From: Octopus vulgaris
Lineage: Eukaryota
Assembly (NCBI GenBank): GCA_951406725.2
Contig: OX597820.1
Coordinates: forward strand, 90,520,001 to 90,584,000
Direction of reading: 5' to 3'
Length of the DNA stretch: 64,000 nt
Of this stretch, positions 1-11,747 are shown one piece after another. A program made the translations under genes and the position numbers. The notes below the pieces were generated by a model. It was not told the DNA's origin and did no database searches. It saw nothing but the letters and a program-made list of their open reading frames with translations. Within the stretch, counting starts at the first letter, position 1. Each line of letters begins with the position of its first letter.

Positions 1-1613
1 CTAAATTTTTTATTTAAATTTTTTATTTTATTTTATTCTTTTTTTATCTTTTATTTCATTTTATTTTATTTATTTATTTATTTATTTAATTTTTTCTTTT
101 TTTAAGGAAAACTTAATAATAATTTAACTTTACTTGAAAAGAAGATTTCTAACAGTGCACCGAATCGCTTGTCCAATGGTTATAAAGGAAGCGCGCCCCT
201 CAGGAGGCTGCCAGCCTGATGGCGACAAATTTTCAAATGGCAGAATATCTTCCCCGAATACGAACCTGGAAGGTCACTTAAACGGGATTTGTCCCAAATT
301 AAGCCCCCAAAGTTCACCACCACAACGACCAGAAAATCAAAAAAGTAAAAGAACTAAATGGAACCGGGAAGACTATAAAGAAGTAATATATGCTTATTAC
401 TTTGCATTAAGTAGGCCAACTCAAGAAAAACACACCGCAAACTCCTACAGAATTTGGAGGAGCCGGAATCCAGCTAGCAGACCAAACCTGGATGAAAACA
501 GATTAGCAAATGTTAGAAGAGATATCTTCAGAAATATCAGACTCACAGATGCAGAATTAACCTTTATTAAAAAAGTGGTAGAGAATGACCGAAATGTAAG
601 TCAGGAAAGAAATAACGAAGCTGAGGAGAGGAATGTTGGGCTACAAGCATTGACTGAAAGGCGACCATCTGCCGAATCGACTCAAGATCCTGAAGAAGAA
701 GGAAAATATGACCCCAGGAAAAACAGCCCGGAAAATGATGTCGAAAAAGAATTTGAAAATCACATGTTTGTTGAACAACACAGAAAATCTATCATTGAAA
801 TGAAGCAAGAAGTTCTGAATGAGCTTGCAGTTATAGGGCATAGAACTATGAATGATAGGGAACCACTCCATAAACTCTCAAATGCACACCAACATAAAAC
901 ACAAATAAAAATTGGCAACTGCGTTACACAGGAAATCATACAACAACAAAATCCCGATCTTAATAAATTAAATGAAATTATTTACTCTGTCGCTAAGGTA
1001 ATCGAAAGACGCTGTTTAACACCCAAAAAGCCAACAATACCAAAATCGAAAAGAAAATCAAACTGGAGGAGTAGAATTGAAATTGAAATTGAATCGTTGC
1101 GAAGGGAGATATCAATATTAACTGAGCTAATCTCTGGAAATGATGTAAGATCAAGAAAAGCAGGAAGATTGTGAGAAAATATGGACATTCAACAAGAGAA
1201 GAATTGATGTCAGCGAAAGAAACACTTAAACAAAAAGTTCAAACAAAAGCTCAGAGAATACGCAGATTTGAGAAAAGAATCAAATTCTACAAACAAAATA
1301 AGATGTTCAAATCCAATGCCAAATCATTTTACAGGGACATAGGGAAAGAAAAAATAACCATTGAAAATCCACCCCTAATGGAAGAAGTTGAAAACTTCTG
1401 GAAGGAGACTGGAGTGATGAGAAACTATACAATGAAAATGCAGAGTGGATCAAACGCACCCAAGATGACTACAAAAATCTACAAGAACAGGTATGGGAAG
1501 ACATCTCAATCGCCGACCTAAGGAGAGCACCAACAAAGGCTCATAAGTGGAAATCCCCTGGTATTGATAGAGTACCAAATTTCTGGCTCTTATCACTCTC
1601 GTCCGCACACAAA

Positions 1614-2453
1614 ATGTTAGTAATACTATTTAATAGTATTATGAAAGACCCGAAAAAAACACAACATTGGATGGCAAATGGTATTACTTACCTCCTCCCC
1701 CAAAATAACAAAACGAAAGACCCAAAAAACTATCGGCCTATAACATGTTTATCTACTACCCATAAGATCTTGACATCTATTCTAGTAGAGAAAACATATA
1801 CGTTTATGGAAGAGAATAACCTCTTTCCCACTGAACAAAAAGGATGCAGACGAGGCTCATACGGATGCAAAGATCAGCTCCTAATTAATCGCATGATCCT
1901 TGAGAACTGCCATAACAAGCGAGGAAATCTCAGCTCTTCATGGATTGATTATAAAAAAGCCTTTGAAAGCATACCACATTCGTGGATCCTGAAATCGCTG
2001 GACATTTTCAAAATTTCTCCTGTCATTTCAGATTTTTTAAAGTATAATATGTCCCTATGGAAAAGGAAGCTCCAATTATATCATTCTAATGGAGTATTGC
2101 ACTCAAACAACATTAGCATAAACTGTGGAATTTTCCAAGTTGACTCACTTTCACCACTAATATTCTGCAAAGCACTAATACCACTCTCAAGTGAACTGAA
2201 TACAACAGGATATGGCTACAAAATTGACAACGAGAAAATAAGCCATCTATTTTATATGAATGAATTAAAGCTATATGGCAAAGATGATGAAGAGCTTGAA
2301 GGATTATTGCATACAGTGAAAGGATTCAGTGATGATATCGGGATGGAGTTTGGCCTTGAAAAGTGTACCAAAGCCACTTTTAAGAAAGGGAAATTGGTAA
2401 AGTCTAGTTCAATCGAATTAGATGTCGAAAGAGTAATAAAGGAAATTGAGTAG
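1614..2453 (+). pseudogene. Reverse transcriptase domain of the R4/Dong element, catalytically dead
   Basis: RT motifs are present, but the catalytic YMDD reads YMNE (2253-2264). An in-frame TAG at 2451-2453 lies just before EQTYKYLG. Confidence 0.9.
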
Positions 2454-2510
2454 GAACAAACCTATAAATACCTAGGAATTAATGAAGGCTCTGGTATCCA
2501 GCATGCAAGC

Positions 2511-3778
2511 ATGAAAAAGAAAGTTAGGAAAGAATGTTATAGAAGAGTCCGAACAGTCCTGAAGTCTGAGCTGAATGCATATAATAAGGTTTTAGCCATA
2601 AATTCCTTAGCAGTACCAGTTGTTCTCTATAGCTTCAATGTGCTTAACTGGAATACTAGTGAAATAATGAAAATTGACAGGAAAATCCGCAAGCTACTGA
2701 CTTGTAATAAGATGCACCATCCAAAGGCAGACGTGGATCGCCTTTACCTTCCCAGAGGTCAGGGAGGTCGAGGTTTGATCCAGCTTGAACTTACATACAA
2801 AACCACCACAATCGGACTGGCCAAATACCTTGAAAAACATGAAAGACCTAAAAAACTTCACCCTATTCTCAAAGAGAGCAAAAAATTTGCTGCTGATCGC
2901 TTAGATACCCACCAGATTCAGCAGGCTGAAGGAAATGCACCAACTGCAGCTGCAAAGAAAATAAAATTAATTACAAAGACAAATGCACATGAAAATTTAG
3001 CTAGCAGATGGGAACAGAAACCTCTCCATGGCAAGTATGTGGCCCGTAGCAAACAAACTGATGTTGACCAGAAACACACGCACCAATGGTTACGAAGTTC
3101 AGGGCTAAAAGCAGAGAGTGAAGGTTTCATATTAGCTGCTCAAGACCAAAGCTTATTTACCCGGAACTACCAAGCCAATGTGATGAAAAATGGAGCTGAC
3201 CCAAAATGCCAATTCTGTAACGATGAGATTGAAACAATAGACCACCTAATCTCAGGGTGTAGAGTCTTAGCACCTGCAGAATATAAAGCAAGACATGACA
3301 GAGTCGGCCAGTATTTACACTGGACAATATGTCGGCATTATAAAATCAAAACCACTGACAAATGGTATAAACATCATCCTGAAGCTGTGACTGAGGGAGA
3401 AAATGTGTCGATTCTATGGGACTTCCCCGTGCAGACCGACATGACTATAAAAGCCAATAAACCGGATATCATAAAGAAGATTAGACAAAAAGGATGTGTT
3501 TATTAATTGACATGAGTATTCCCTGTGATCACAATATAGCGGCGAAAGAATTTGACAAGATTAGTAACTATAAAGACCTGCTAATGGAAATTGAAAAAAT
3601 GTGGCATCTCAAGGCGACTGCAGTACCAGTGATTGTAGGATATCTAGGAATGATAAAAAAAGGTACTGAAACCTATTTGAAAATGATTCCAGGCTTACCA
3701 TCCCTACAGGGAGTGCAAAAAATCGTATTAACTGGAACGGCTCGTGTACTGAGAAGAGCACTATCGCTGCGAAAATAA
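2511..3778 (+). pseudogene. Thumb / CCHC zinc knuckle / PD..D restriction-like endonuclease part of the R4/Dong ORF (frameshifted near 3480)
   Basis: AINSLAVPV, DVDRLYLPRGQGGRGL, KPLHGKY, AAQDQSL, CxxC..H..C, KPDI and LIDMSIP..K..YKDL motifs across two ORFs. Confidence 0.9.
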
Positions 3779-3975
3779 CATCCATCCATGAATTTATTTA
3801 TTCATTAATTTTTAAATACATATTTTATCTGGGAATTTGCGCGTGTAATCTGGGAATGCATACAATCCCCTTCTCTGCCCTAGGTGTAATGAAAACACTC
3901 GGCGAGAAACGGAAGAAATTTTGAAGAAGGAAAAACATAATAATAATGATAATAAAAATAATCATAATAATGATT

Positions 3976-4265
3976 TCCAATTTTAACACAGCGCAGGCTG
4001 CTCAAGAAGTGGCAAGACGTCGATTACATCAACCACAACACCTAATTGATATCTGGTTTATCGTCCACGAAAGAATGAGAAGCAATATAAATTGAAACTT
4101 ATAACGTAAAACCGGAAGAAATGGCCCTAAGTATTTGCTCTGCATGCTAAAGAGTTTAACACTGTATTTCCTTAATCATTTCCGCTATACACACCAGGCT
4201 TGAAATTTTGGTGGAGGGGAGTCGATATCATCAGCCGGCTTGTAATTCGTCGTCTCCTAAGGAAT
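3976..4265 (-). mobile_element. Decayed OK-like SINE fragments
   Basis: Degenerate matches to the local SINE consensus (gtcgattacatc, tttatcg.cc.cgaaagaatga). Confidence 0.5.
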
Positions 4266-5252
4266 GAAATGAAAGAGGACGTACTGACTGAGGGCTGTGA
4301 GTACTTGCCAAGCACCTTTTCTCAGTGTACGCTCGATCCAGCATTCTAACTTCGTGAATAACTTGAGCTACGGGAAATCTTGTTTAACAAGCAGCGGCCA
4401 TACCTACTCACTGTCAAGGAAATGCTGGAGATGTCGCAGCTACAAAGCATGTCTGTGCATCATTAGCCTCAGCATGCCTGATCCTCCACACACTGACTGT
4501 TGATAGCAGATAGAATTTCTGACGGGTAGAACAAGTCCATCGATAGAAAGTGGAAGAGCAGGTGCTCTAGCTTGATCAACCAACAAGCTGGGCAAGAAAC
4601 GACGGTCGGGCGTTAATAGATGACGGAAACAATATACGTTATTTTACCTCCACCGGACCAGTCAGGAACAGCATCCTCTCTGCTTATTTCTGAATGAGAC
4701 TGTCACCCTGCTCATCACCTTCCCTAATTCTTATTCACCTGGAGTTCCAGACCAGGCTCCGAGCATTTTAAGCAGTTCATTTTACCATCGCCCCACGACG
4801 CTATCGGATATGTACCTGAATCTTCAAGTATCAAACTACAGGCCCACCAATTTCTGGTTAATCTTTGCTCTTGTCACGTCTTCGTACTTCGTAAAGGAGT
4901 GCCATTCAGTTAGATGTATGAGATGTCCTAGACTACTACGGTGACGTCGCTCATATACGCCGACGCCAAACTTCCTCATCGTAGTTAATGAGAGATGCCC
5001 TTCGAAGCATCTAGCCTCCACAGCAATAACTCGAGCGCAAGTACGTACAGAAGAAGAGAGCACGGGCGTCCGTAAGGGACTGAATATTTTATGCTAAACT
5101 ATGTCCGATACGTGACCATTTACGCTGACCACCGAAAAAATGTCACAGTACATTATTTTTTTTCTCCAGTCTCAGGTTGTATTACTGAATTCAGATGAAA
5201 AGTCTCATACATTGTATTTAATTGTTTAGTCATGTCAATCAAAGATTCCATA

Positions 5253-5499
5253 ACGGGAAAGTTTACGAAAATGAACAAAAGGCGAAGGCAGGTGGAGTAC
5301 AAACAAAGACATGTATTAGTATAGCGCTCAGGAATAGAATTAGAAAATGTCTTTTACGTTTCGAGCCTACGCTCTTCGACAGAAAGATACACAGAAAAAA
5401 ACAAGGAGAGAAACAAGGAGAGAAAAAAAGGAGAGAAAAAAGGAGAGAGAAAAATGCGTGTAGGAGTTAACGAACTATCATGGCGTCCTGACTTCGGAC
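5253..5499 (-). mobile_element. 247-bp Penelope-LTR/retrozyme-like non-coding insert with 11-bp TSD
   Basis: AAGATTCCATA is duplicated at 5242-5252 and 5500-5510. Removing the insert plus one copy restores the Tudor reading frame. The insert contains a hammerhead motif. Confidence 0.8.
5350..5387 (-). ncRNA. Minimal type I hammerhead ribozyme motif (Penelope-type, variant core)
   Basis: Minus strand reads UCUUU-CUGUCGA-A-GAGC(GUAG)GCUC-GAAA-C-GUA-AAAGA. Stem I is UCUUU/AAAGA, stem II is 4 bp, and stem III is loop-less with palindromic ACGU. The core is CUGUCGA instead of CUGANGA. Confidence 0.7.
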
Positions 5500-8024
5500 A
5501 AGATTCCATAGTCACTTCATCAAGTATTTGACAGTAGAAACAGTCTCTGTCTACAACCCATTTACAGAGCGGATCATATTGTGTATTGACCTTCAGCTGT
5601 AGACATCCCATACTTTTGGCATAATACTTTACTCTGTTTGCTCATAACATATCTTCTTCTCAAACTTCCTGTTTTTAAGCTTTGTTTCTAAGAGATTGCA
5701 TAAAGGATTCCTTTGTTTGTCTATCATCAGGCAACTTTTTCTCAGAAGAAAACTGGTTCTCAAAAGTGTGTTCAGTAGAGTCCTTATGATGTTGATGACG
5801 GGATGAAAGATAGGTCGTTTGTGCAGGAGACGATGCACCCACTGGTTACCCTTCAATACTTTGAGGAGACTGAGAATGAGATCTGAACGGAGATATTAAA
5901 AGCGAGCTAGCAGATTTTACAAAGTTTGACTTTGATATAGTAGTGCTATTTAAAGATTAACTTCTGGGAAAATAGTCATTAGGAATATTCTTCTCCAAGC
6001 TTTCTTCAAAGCAATCATTAACATAGCTGCCATCACAAGTATAAACAACGATTTCATAGACATTTTTGGAGCAGTTTTCTAATATTTGCACACATTGTTG
6101 CAGATGAACAGACTAAGTTTGTCATTGTCTTTAATACCACATACACCAGGAAGATAGCAGTGTAAGGCCTGTTTAGGATAAGGAATGAAATGCACCGGAA
6201 ATGGCTGCAGTTATAAATTATTAACATTCTCAGAGTTATCATAATCTACAAAACAAAAGCTATATATCTGCCATCAGCAGTGGGGCTGATTATCTGACCA
6301 CCATACCACTGGTTGTCCTGGGAAAACTTGGCCGCAACCATTTTTTTGAGGCAAGGATTATAACACTTATGGTCGTCTTTCATTTTCAAGTAAGAACTAA
6401 ATCCTGCAAGGAAACTGATCTATACAGCCTCCAAGTATTAGTGGTCGATTGTACCAAAAGCTTTCGAGTGAATCAAATCTATCAGGACCCCACCCATACT
6501 ACATTCTTTACCTTTCCGCTCCATAAGATAAAGTGTGAGATGGGAGTTGTCGTGGATAGATCTCTTAGGGATACTACCCGTCTGTGATTTGCCGATAAGG
6601 ACCAGCACCTTGGTCAAAATGTTGTATTCCGCGTTAAGCAGAGTTGTATATCTAAATTTATTTATTTGCTGTCCCCGGGTGCTTCCGTAATAAGACCACC
6701 ACTCCACGTCTCATAGCTCTGCTTATTCTTCCGTTCTGCTACCAGTTGCTGTAGACTTAAACCAAAATATCACCGAACTTGTTTGATATAAGAATATAAA
6801 ATTCGAAGGTAGACCAACCAGCACCAGAGTTGTCTCCCTTCTGCAGCTCATAATCTCGCCCATTATGCCTTCCGCTTTTATCGACATTTCACAAGATTCC
6901 GTGTCTCTGAGGTAAGGGGTTAAATTCACCCCCGTCCCCGGCTAATCGTATGATCAGTATATTTCACCGAAGTGCCCTAAATTCAGTACACATCTCCTTG
7001 AATTTGAGAAGTATTCGTCCTGTTTTAGTCCATCAAAGATCGAATTCTAGCTTTGTTGATACGTAGCACCTCCGCTACACTGGCCTATTGAACTGCATGT
7101 ATTCCCTCGTGTTTCAGGGCATGCGCCTTAGCTCTGAAAAACGCAAACTTCTTTGGTATACAATCTTTGTCAATCGCGCCGCCAGCATGTCAGTCGCTAT
7201 GCCTCTTGTAAGTGCCTTTTCTCACTACTTAACAGGTCTGAGGTCTGTTAGCCTAGGTGCCTCTAACGCTGTTTCATTACTAAACACAAACATATCTACT
7301 CTAAGAACCCTTTTTTGGGGTTATTCCCCGTTGGTAGTTGATGATTGCACCCGAGAACCTCCGATAAGCTAACCTGCTAACTCGGTCACTGAAAGCTTGA
7401 CAAGTTAGAAAGACGCATTCAGTTTGCAGTACCCGAAACCCTGCCTATGGACACTATCTAGCTCATTCGTACAGATCACAAATTTCTGGTCAGTGCTGAT
7501 GATAACTGCATTTTTTGGACAACTTATGCTACCTCTATCTACAGCCCGGCAAATTACTCAATCTAGATACGATATGTAAAACCCGATGCAGTTTACCCAA
7601 TTCCACATTCCACATTCGACCAGCTGAAAGCGACTGAGCAGGTTCACTTTTCTATCGGCTAAACTAACTCTATCAAGATGAGCGTTCAATATGGCGGTTC
7701 AATCGCTCACTAGCACTAAAGAGAGAGGAATTCCGCTACCCAACCCAATCGGGGGGAGGAGCACACACTAACTAGTCTAAAAGTACTTCATTCTCTGCTA
7801 CACGTATGCAGGACTAAGAATTTACAATCCGGGTCTAGAAAGATTGTCTATAACTCAACATGCAGGCTTTCCAAAATAGCACTGTCTCACCACCTTTCAT
7901 TCCGGGCCGTCACATCCATAGTTACGGACGTGAGGTTGTTCGGAAGGAGGCTTCGCATCCAGGTGACTCGAGGCCAGGAAAATTTATAAAACCCACTCCT
8001 AAATCCGCCATGATGATGGAAAAA

Positions 8025-8098
8025 CTACTGCTACAGCAACAACAGCAACAGCGACGACGACGAAAACGATGACGACGACGACTACGACGACGACGACT

Positions 8099-8129
<31 letters not shown>

Positions 8130-8152
8130 TGATGATGATGATGATGATGATA
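8025..8152. repeat. Compound trinucleotide microsatellite (CAA/CAG)-(GAC)n-(GAT)n
   Basis: Directly visible. Confidence 0.9.
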
Positions 8153-9459
8153 GATGGCTGGTGTCTGTATTATGGATGATAGAAACAAAGTAATAAAGAA
8201 AAACAATGAAACTAGTTGTCATATGACTACGATAGTTGAATTTATAGCATGCAAACAAGTGTATGACTAATAGAGTCGCCACTCGCCAAATTCAGAAGAT
8301 CTTAAAATATAGATTTTTTGGTGCTAGAAATCGCCCACAAATACTTATACGAAAATGTACACAAACGTTCACGATTAATTGCTCCCGATGCTGCAAACGC
8401 ACGTAAGTGATTCGTGGGGCTGGCGATGAAGACAAAATTACTACAACTAGACGTAATAGCGTCGATTATTATGATAGTTATGAAAATCACTACAAAAAAT
8501 GTTACAAACATCGGCACACAGATTGAAAATTTGAAATTTAGTTTCTTTCCTGAATAAAAATAAACTATTTTGGTAAGTCATTATTAGCCACACAAGCAGT
8601 ATTACTTCATAATAGCAATCAGTTTATCTTGCTTAACGAAGATATGCAGTAGAAAGTCAGAAAACTGTGATATTCGTCTCGAGAAAGCATCCCGTTTGCG
8701 AGACATAGAGTGCTAAAAGTCACATGAGTATTTCAGCAGCAAACGAAATGTGTTTGGTGAAGCGCTGAAATTATTAAATCCGGATTTCTGCTTATTGAAA
8801 GCGCTGTCACCTATCTCAAACAATGTCGTCGAATAACATTTATTCAAGAGAACGGATGCGTTTTTTGTGTATCAGATTTTGTATGCCGCTATATCCGAAC
8901 TAGACATGTGAAAATCCTCAATATAAAATTGTTCACCGATGTATGCTTATCTCGTAGCGTCTGCATTTGTACTTAAGATGGTAAATTAATTCCTCTGCAC
9001 ACAGTATCTGCTGATTGTATATTTCTGCATATATTTCAATGGGCATGTATTGAGTTATATACACACGTAGTATGAAATGGAAGTAAATATAATATATGTT
9101 TATATATCACTGTACATGCACTGTTAAACAGAGGGTTTATATATGCATACAGGTTCTTATGCTCTCATTTCCGAATAGGGGAGTTCAAGTAGTGTATATC
9201 CATATATGCGAATAAATGTTCTAATGCCATTTGCCCATATCTGATCTGCATTATGTTATAGAGAACATAAATATAGATGCACATCACTGGATTCAGTGAT
9301 TGCAGAAAAACAAGTGCATGATCATATCGGTGTTGTCAGAATGAATTTGTGAATGTAAGTACTCCGTATATGTTCATCATGGTTATGCATGTTTTTTTAC
9401 AACCTAATTAAATGAGTGCACAATATACATGTAAGTGTATGGGTATTCATGAGTAGGGC

Positions 9460-9467
9460 TGTGTATA

Positions 9468-9512
<45 letters not shown>

Positions 9513-9516
9513 TACA

Positions 9517-9584
<68 letters not shown>

Positions 9585-9655
9585 CATATTATATATATAT
9601 ATAAATATATACATACAAATTTTATATATAGAGATGAATAAGTATATATATATAT
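9460..9655. repeat. (TA)n/(TACA)n microsatellite tract
   Basis: Directly visible. Representative of many TA/CA tracts (e.g. 11636-11760, 12064-12126, 17330-17450, 26855-26955, 27763-27825, 61845-61935, 63410-63590). Confidence 0.95.
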
Positions 9656-10066
9656 TTCTTTACTACCCACAAGGGGCTAAACACAGAGGGGACAAACAAG
9701 GACAGACATAGGTATTAAGTCGATTACATCGACCCCAGTGCGTAACTGGTACTTTATTTATCGACCCCGAAAGGATGAAAGGCAAAGTCGACCTCGGCGG
9801 AATTTGAACTCAGACGGCAGACGAAATACCTATTTCTATTTCTTTACTACCCACAAGGGCTAAACACAGAGAGGACAAACAAGGACAGACAAAGGATTAA
9901 GTCGATTACATCGACCCCAGTGCGTAACTGGTACTTATTTTATCGACCCCGAAAGGATGAAAGGCAAAGTCGACCTCGGCGGAATTTGAACTCAGAACGT
10001 AGCGGAAGACGAAATACCGCTAAGCATTTCGCCCGGCGCGCTAACGTTTCTGCCAGCTCGCCGCCT
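9653..10066 (-). mobile_element. OK-like tRNA-derived SINE, tandem dimer
   Basis: On the minus strand: head aggcggcgagctggcagaaacg, B-box-like gagttcaaattcc, core gcctttcatcctttcggggtcgata and tail gccccttgtgggtagtaaagaaata. The body is present twice. Confidence 0.88.
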
Positions 10067-10107
10067 AATAAGTATATATATAGATGAATAATGTATATGT
10101 ATATATG

Positions 10108-10140
<33 letters not shown>

Positions 10141-10465
10141 ATATATATACACACATTTACCCAATTGAATAAGTGTAAAAGCATCGTGTGTGCAAACGAG
10201 TAGATGCTTTTTGTATTTATATATTTATCATTATATATATATATATGTGTGCAAGTACACACACGCGCACACATATACATACACACAGATGCATATACAG
10301 AAACGCACACCATTCAGACATACATATACACCAATATTCGTGTATATGATAAATCTGTCTGTTCCATGAGTCTATGAGTATGCGTATATAGGCAAACATA
10401 ATTTATAAGCACATTGGTGCATATGTACGTACGTATGTGTCAACACACGCATTCTTGATTTCCTG

Positions 10466-10496
<31 letters not shown>

Positions 10497-10899
10497 GTTT
10501 ATATATTTGTTGTGCAAGATTTTATTGGATAAACTGGCAAAATGACCATTCCAAAATACAACAATATATATATATACACATATATATATATATATATATA
10601 TATGAGTGTGTGTAAGAGAGACTGGTAGGTATGTATACATGTATAAGTAAGTATATTGCTATATGAGTAACTACGCCTCGATGCATCCATGTATACGTAT
10701 GCAAGAGTGCGCATTCTATTGCTATATAAATAACAATTCTAGCACACAAACACTGCGTTTTGTTGTGTCTTTGCATGTGTATAGGTTTGTGTGACGTTAC
10801 GTATATCAATGTTTTCCTGTACACGTGTGTATAACTATTTCTAGTCCTTCTAGATCAATCACGCACGTAAGGTTCCACGGAAACCTTAAACATTCAAAA

Positions 10900-11420
10900 C
10901 TACCTAATGTCCTCTGTACATACAGTTTTACATTAAAAGCTACTCCCGTTGACCGTTAATGTCTACCGTTTCCTCCAAACAAGTAATATTGTGCCCAATC
11001 ACTTATTCATCCCCACCTACATTTCCATCTCCTATAATAATGTTTACATCTCATTCCTAACAACAAAGCACTTTTGTCTTTCTTCAACAGAAACGATTAA
11101 AAACTATAAACACCTAGATCAGTCACGGGCAAATTACGGCACGCGGAACCTTGTGATGACACGCTTAACAACAATTAAACCTCAGATATTTTTTAGTTAT
11201 TTGACCCGTGTTATGATAAGTCAGGTTTCATACACCCCGCTTCTCGAGAAAAATTGCTCTTCATCTACATCTTCATGATCTACATCTACACCTTCATGTC
11301 CAGCAAATTTCTATTGTCCATACTCATACAGACACTGTGTGTACTCGGCGCAATCCTATAGGCATGCACCACAAAAAACTAGCAAATGCGCCTCGTATTG
11401 TCTCCCTCTACTGATTTTAC
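10900..11420 (+). mobile_element. Possible highly decayed Penelope-like RT/GIY-YIG remnant
   Basis: Only faint motifs (IHPHLHF...SFL). Next to a TA tract. Confidence 0.25.
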
Positions 11421-11629
11421 TCCTTATACTGTAGCAATTAATGATGGTCCTTGACTTGTTTACTTAAATAAATGAACCACAATACTTATATATCACAGCT
11501 GTCTGTGTTGTGAAGGTGCAGCGAAAATACGTGACGCAAAGAAAATATGCCTGTTGTTTAGCGGAGTGGAGCAAATATAGTCACATTAACACACAAACAT
11601 GCACACAAGCAAACACACACACAAAAACA

Positions 11630-11747
<118 letters not shown>

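Larger units (their letters stand above)
134..3975 (+). mobile_element. R4/Dong-clade non-LTR retrotransposon (RT + CCHC + restriction-like endonuclease), near full length, inactivated; 5' UTR probably extends left of the window
   Basis: Consecutive ORF pieces 134-1174, 1171-1521, 1614-2453, 2511-3506 and 3494-3778 assemble into one polyprotein. Motifs: KDPKNYRPITCL, QKGCRRGSYGCKDQL, WIDYKKAF, GIFQVDSLSP, YKYLG, CQFC..ETIDHLISGC, RHDRV, WDF..KANKPDI, LIDMSIP. A 3' UTR ends in a TAA-type tail at ~3938-3975. Confidence 0.93.
5150..6420 (-). pseudogene. Decayed fragment of a multi-Tudor-domain (TDRD1/TDRD6/Tudor-like) host gene
   Basis: Minus strand reads VAAKFSQDNQWY (6303-6338), FVDYDNSENV (6223-6252) and PFPVHFIPYPKQALHCYLPGV (6142-6204). 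A linker follows, then the start of a second extended Tudor unit, KWVVDRDCFYCQILDEVTMES|LIDMTKQLNTMYETFHLNSVIQPETGE (5563-5500, resuming 5242-5163). Stops and frameshifts are present. Confidence 0.8.
4290..7900 (-). mobile_element. Decayed Tx1/L1-like LINE ORF2 (APE + RT), interrupted at ~5150-6420
   Basis: Minus-strand translation gives APE-like FLDPDCKFLVL..FRLVSVCAP and LDRV (7550-7850). RT motifs follow: TTLLNAEYNILTKVL..Q.GSIPKRSIHDN..DLIHSKAFGTIDH (6440-6660), then SVVSVNGH..SLLLYVLALE (5030-5150) and GGSGMLRLMMHRHAL (4445-4490). Confidence 0.8.

Noticed and set aside
150-260. HDV-like ribozyme at the 5' end of the R4 element
   Set aside because: This GC-rich patch lies within the ORF, and I could not build the nested double pseudoknot.
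5150-6420. Tudor segment as a functional exon
   Set aside because: It has an in-frame stop and a frameshift inside the first Tudor unit, and a mobile insertion in the second.
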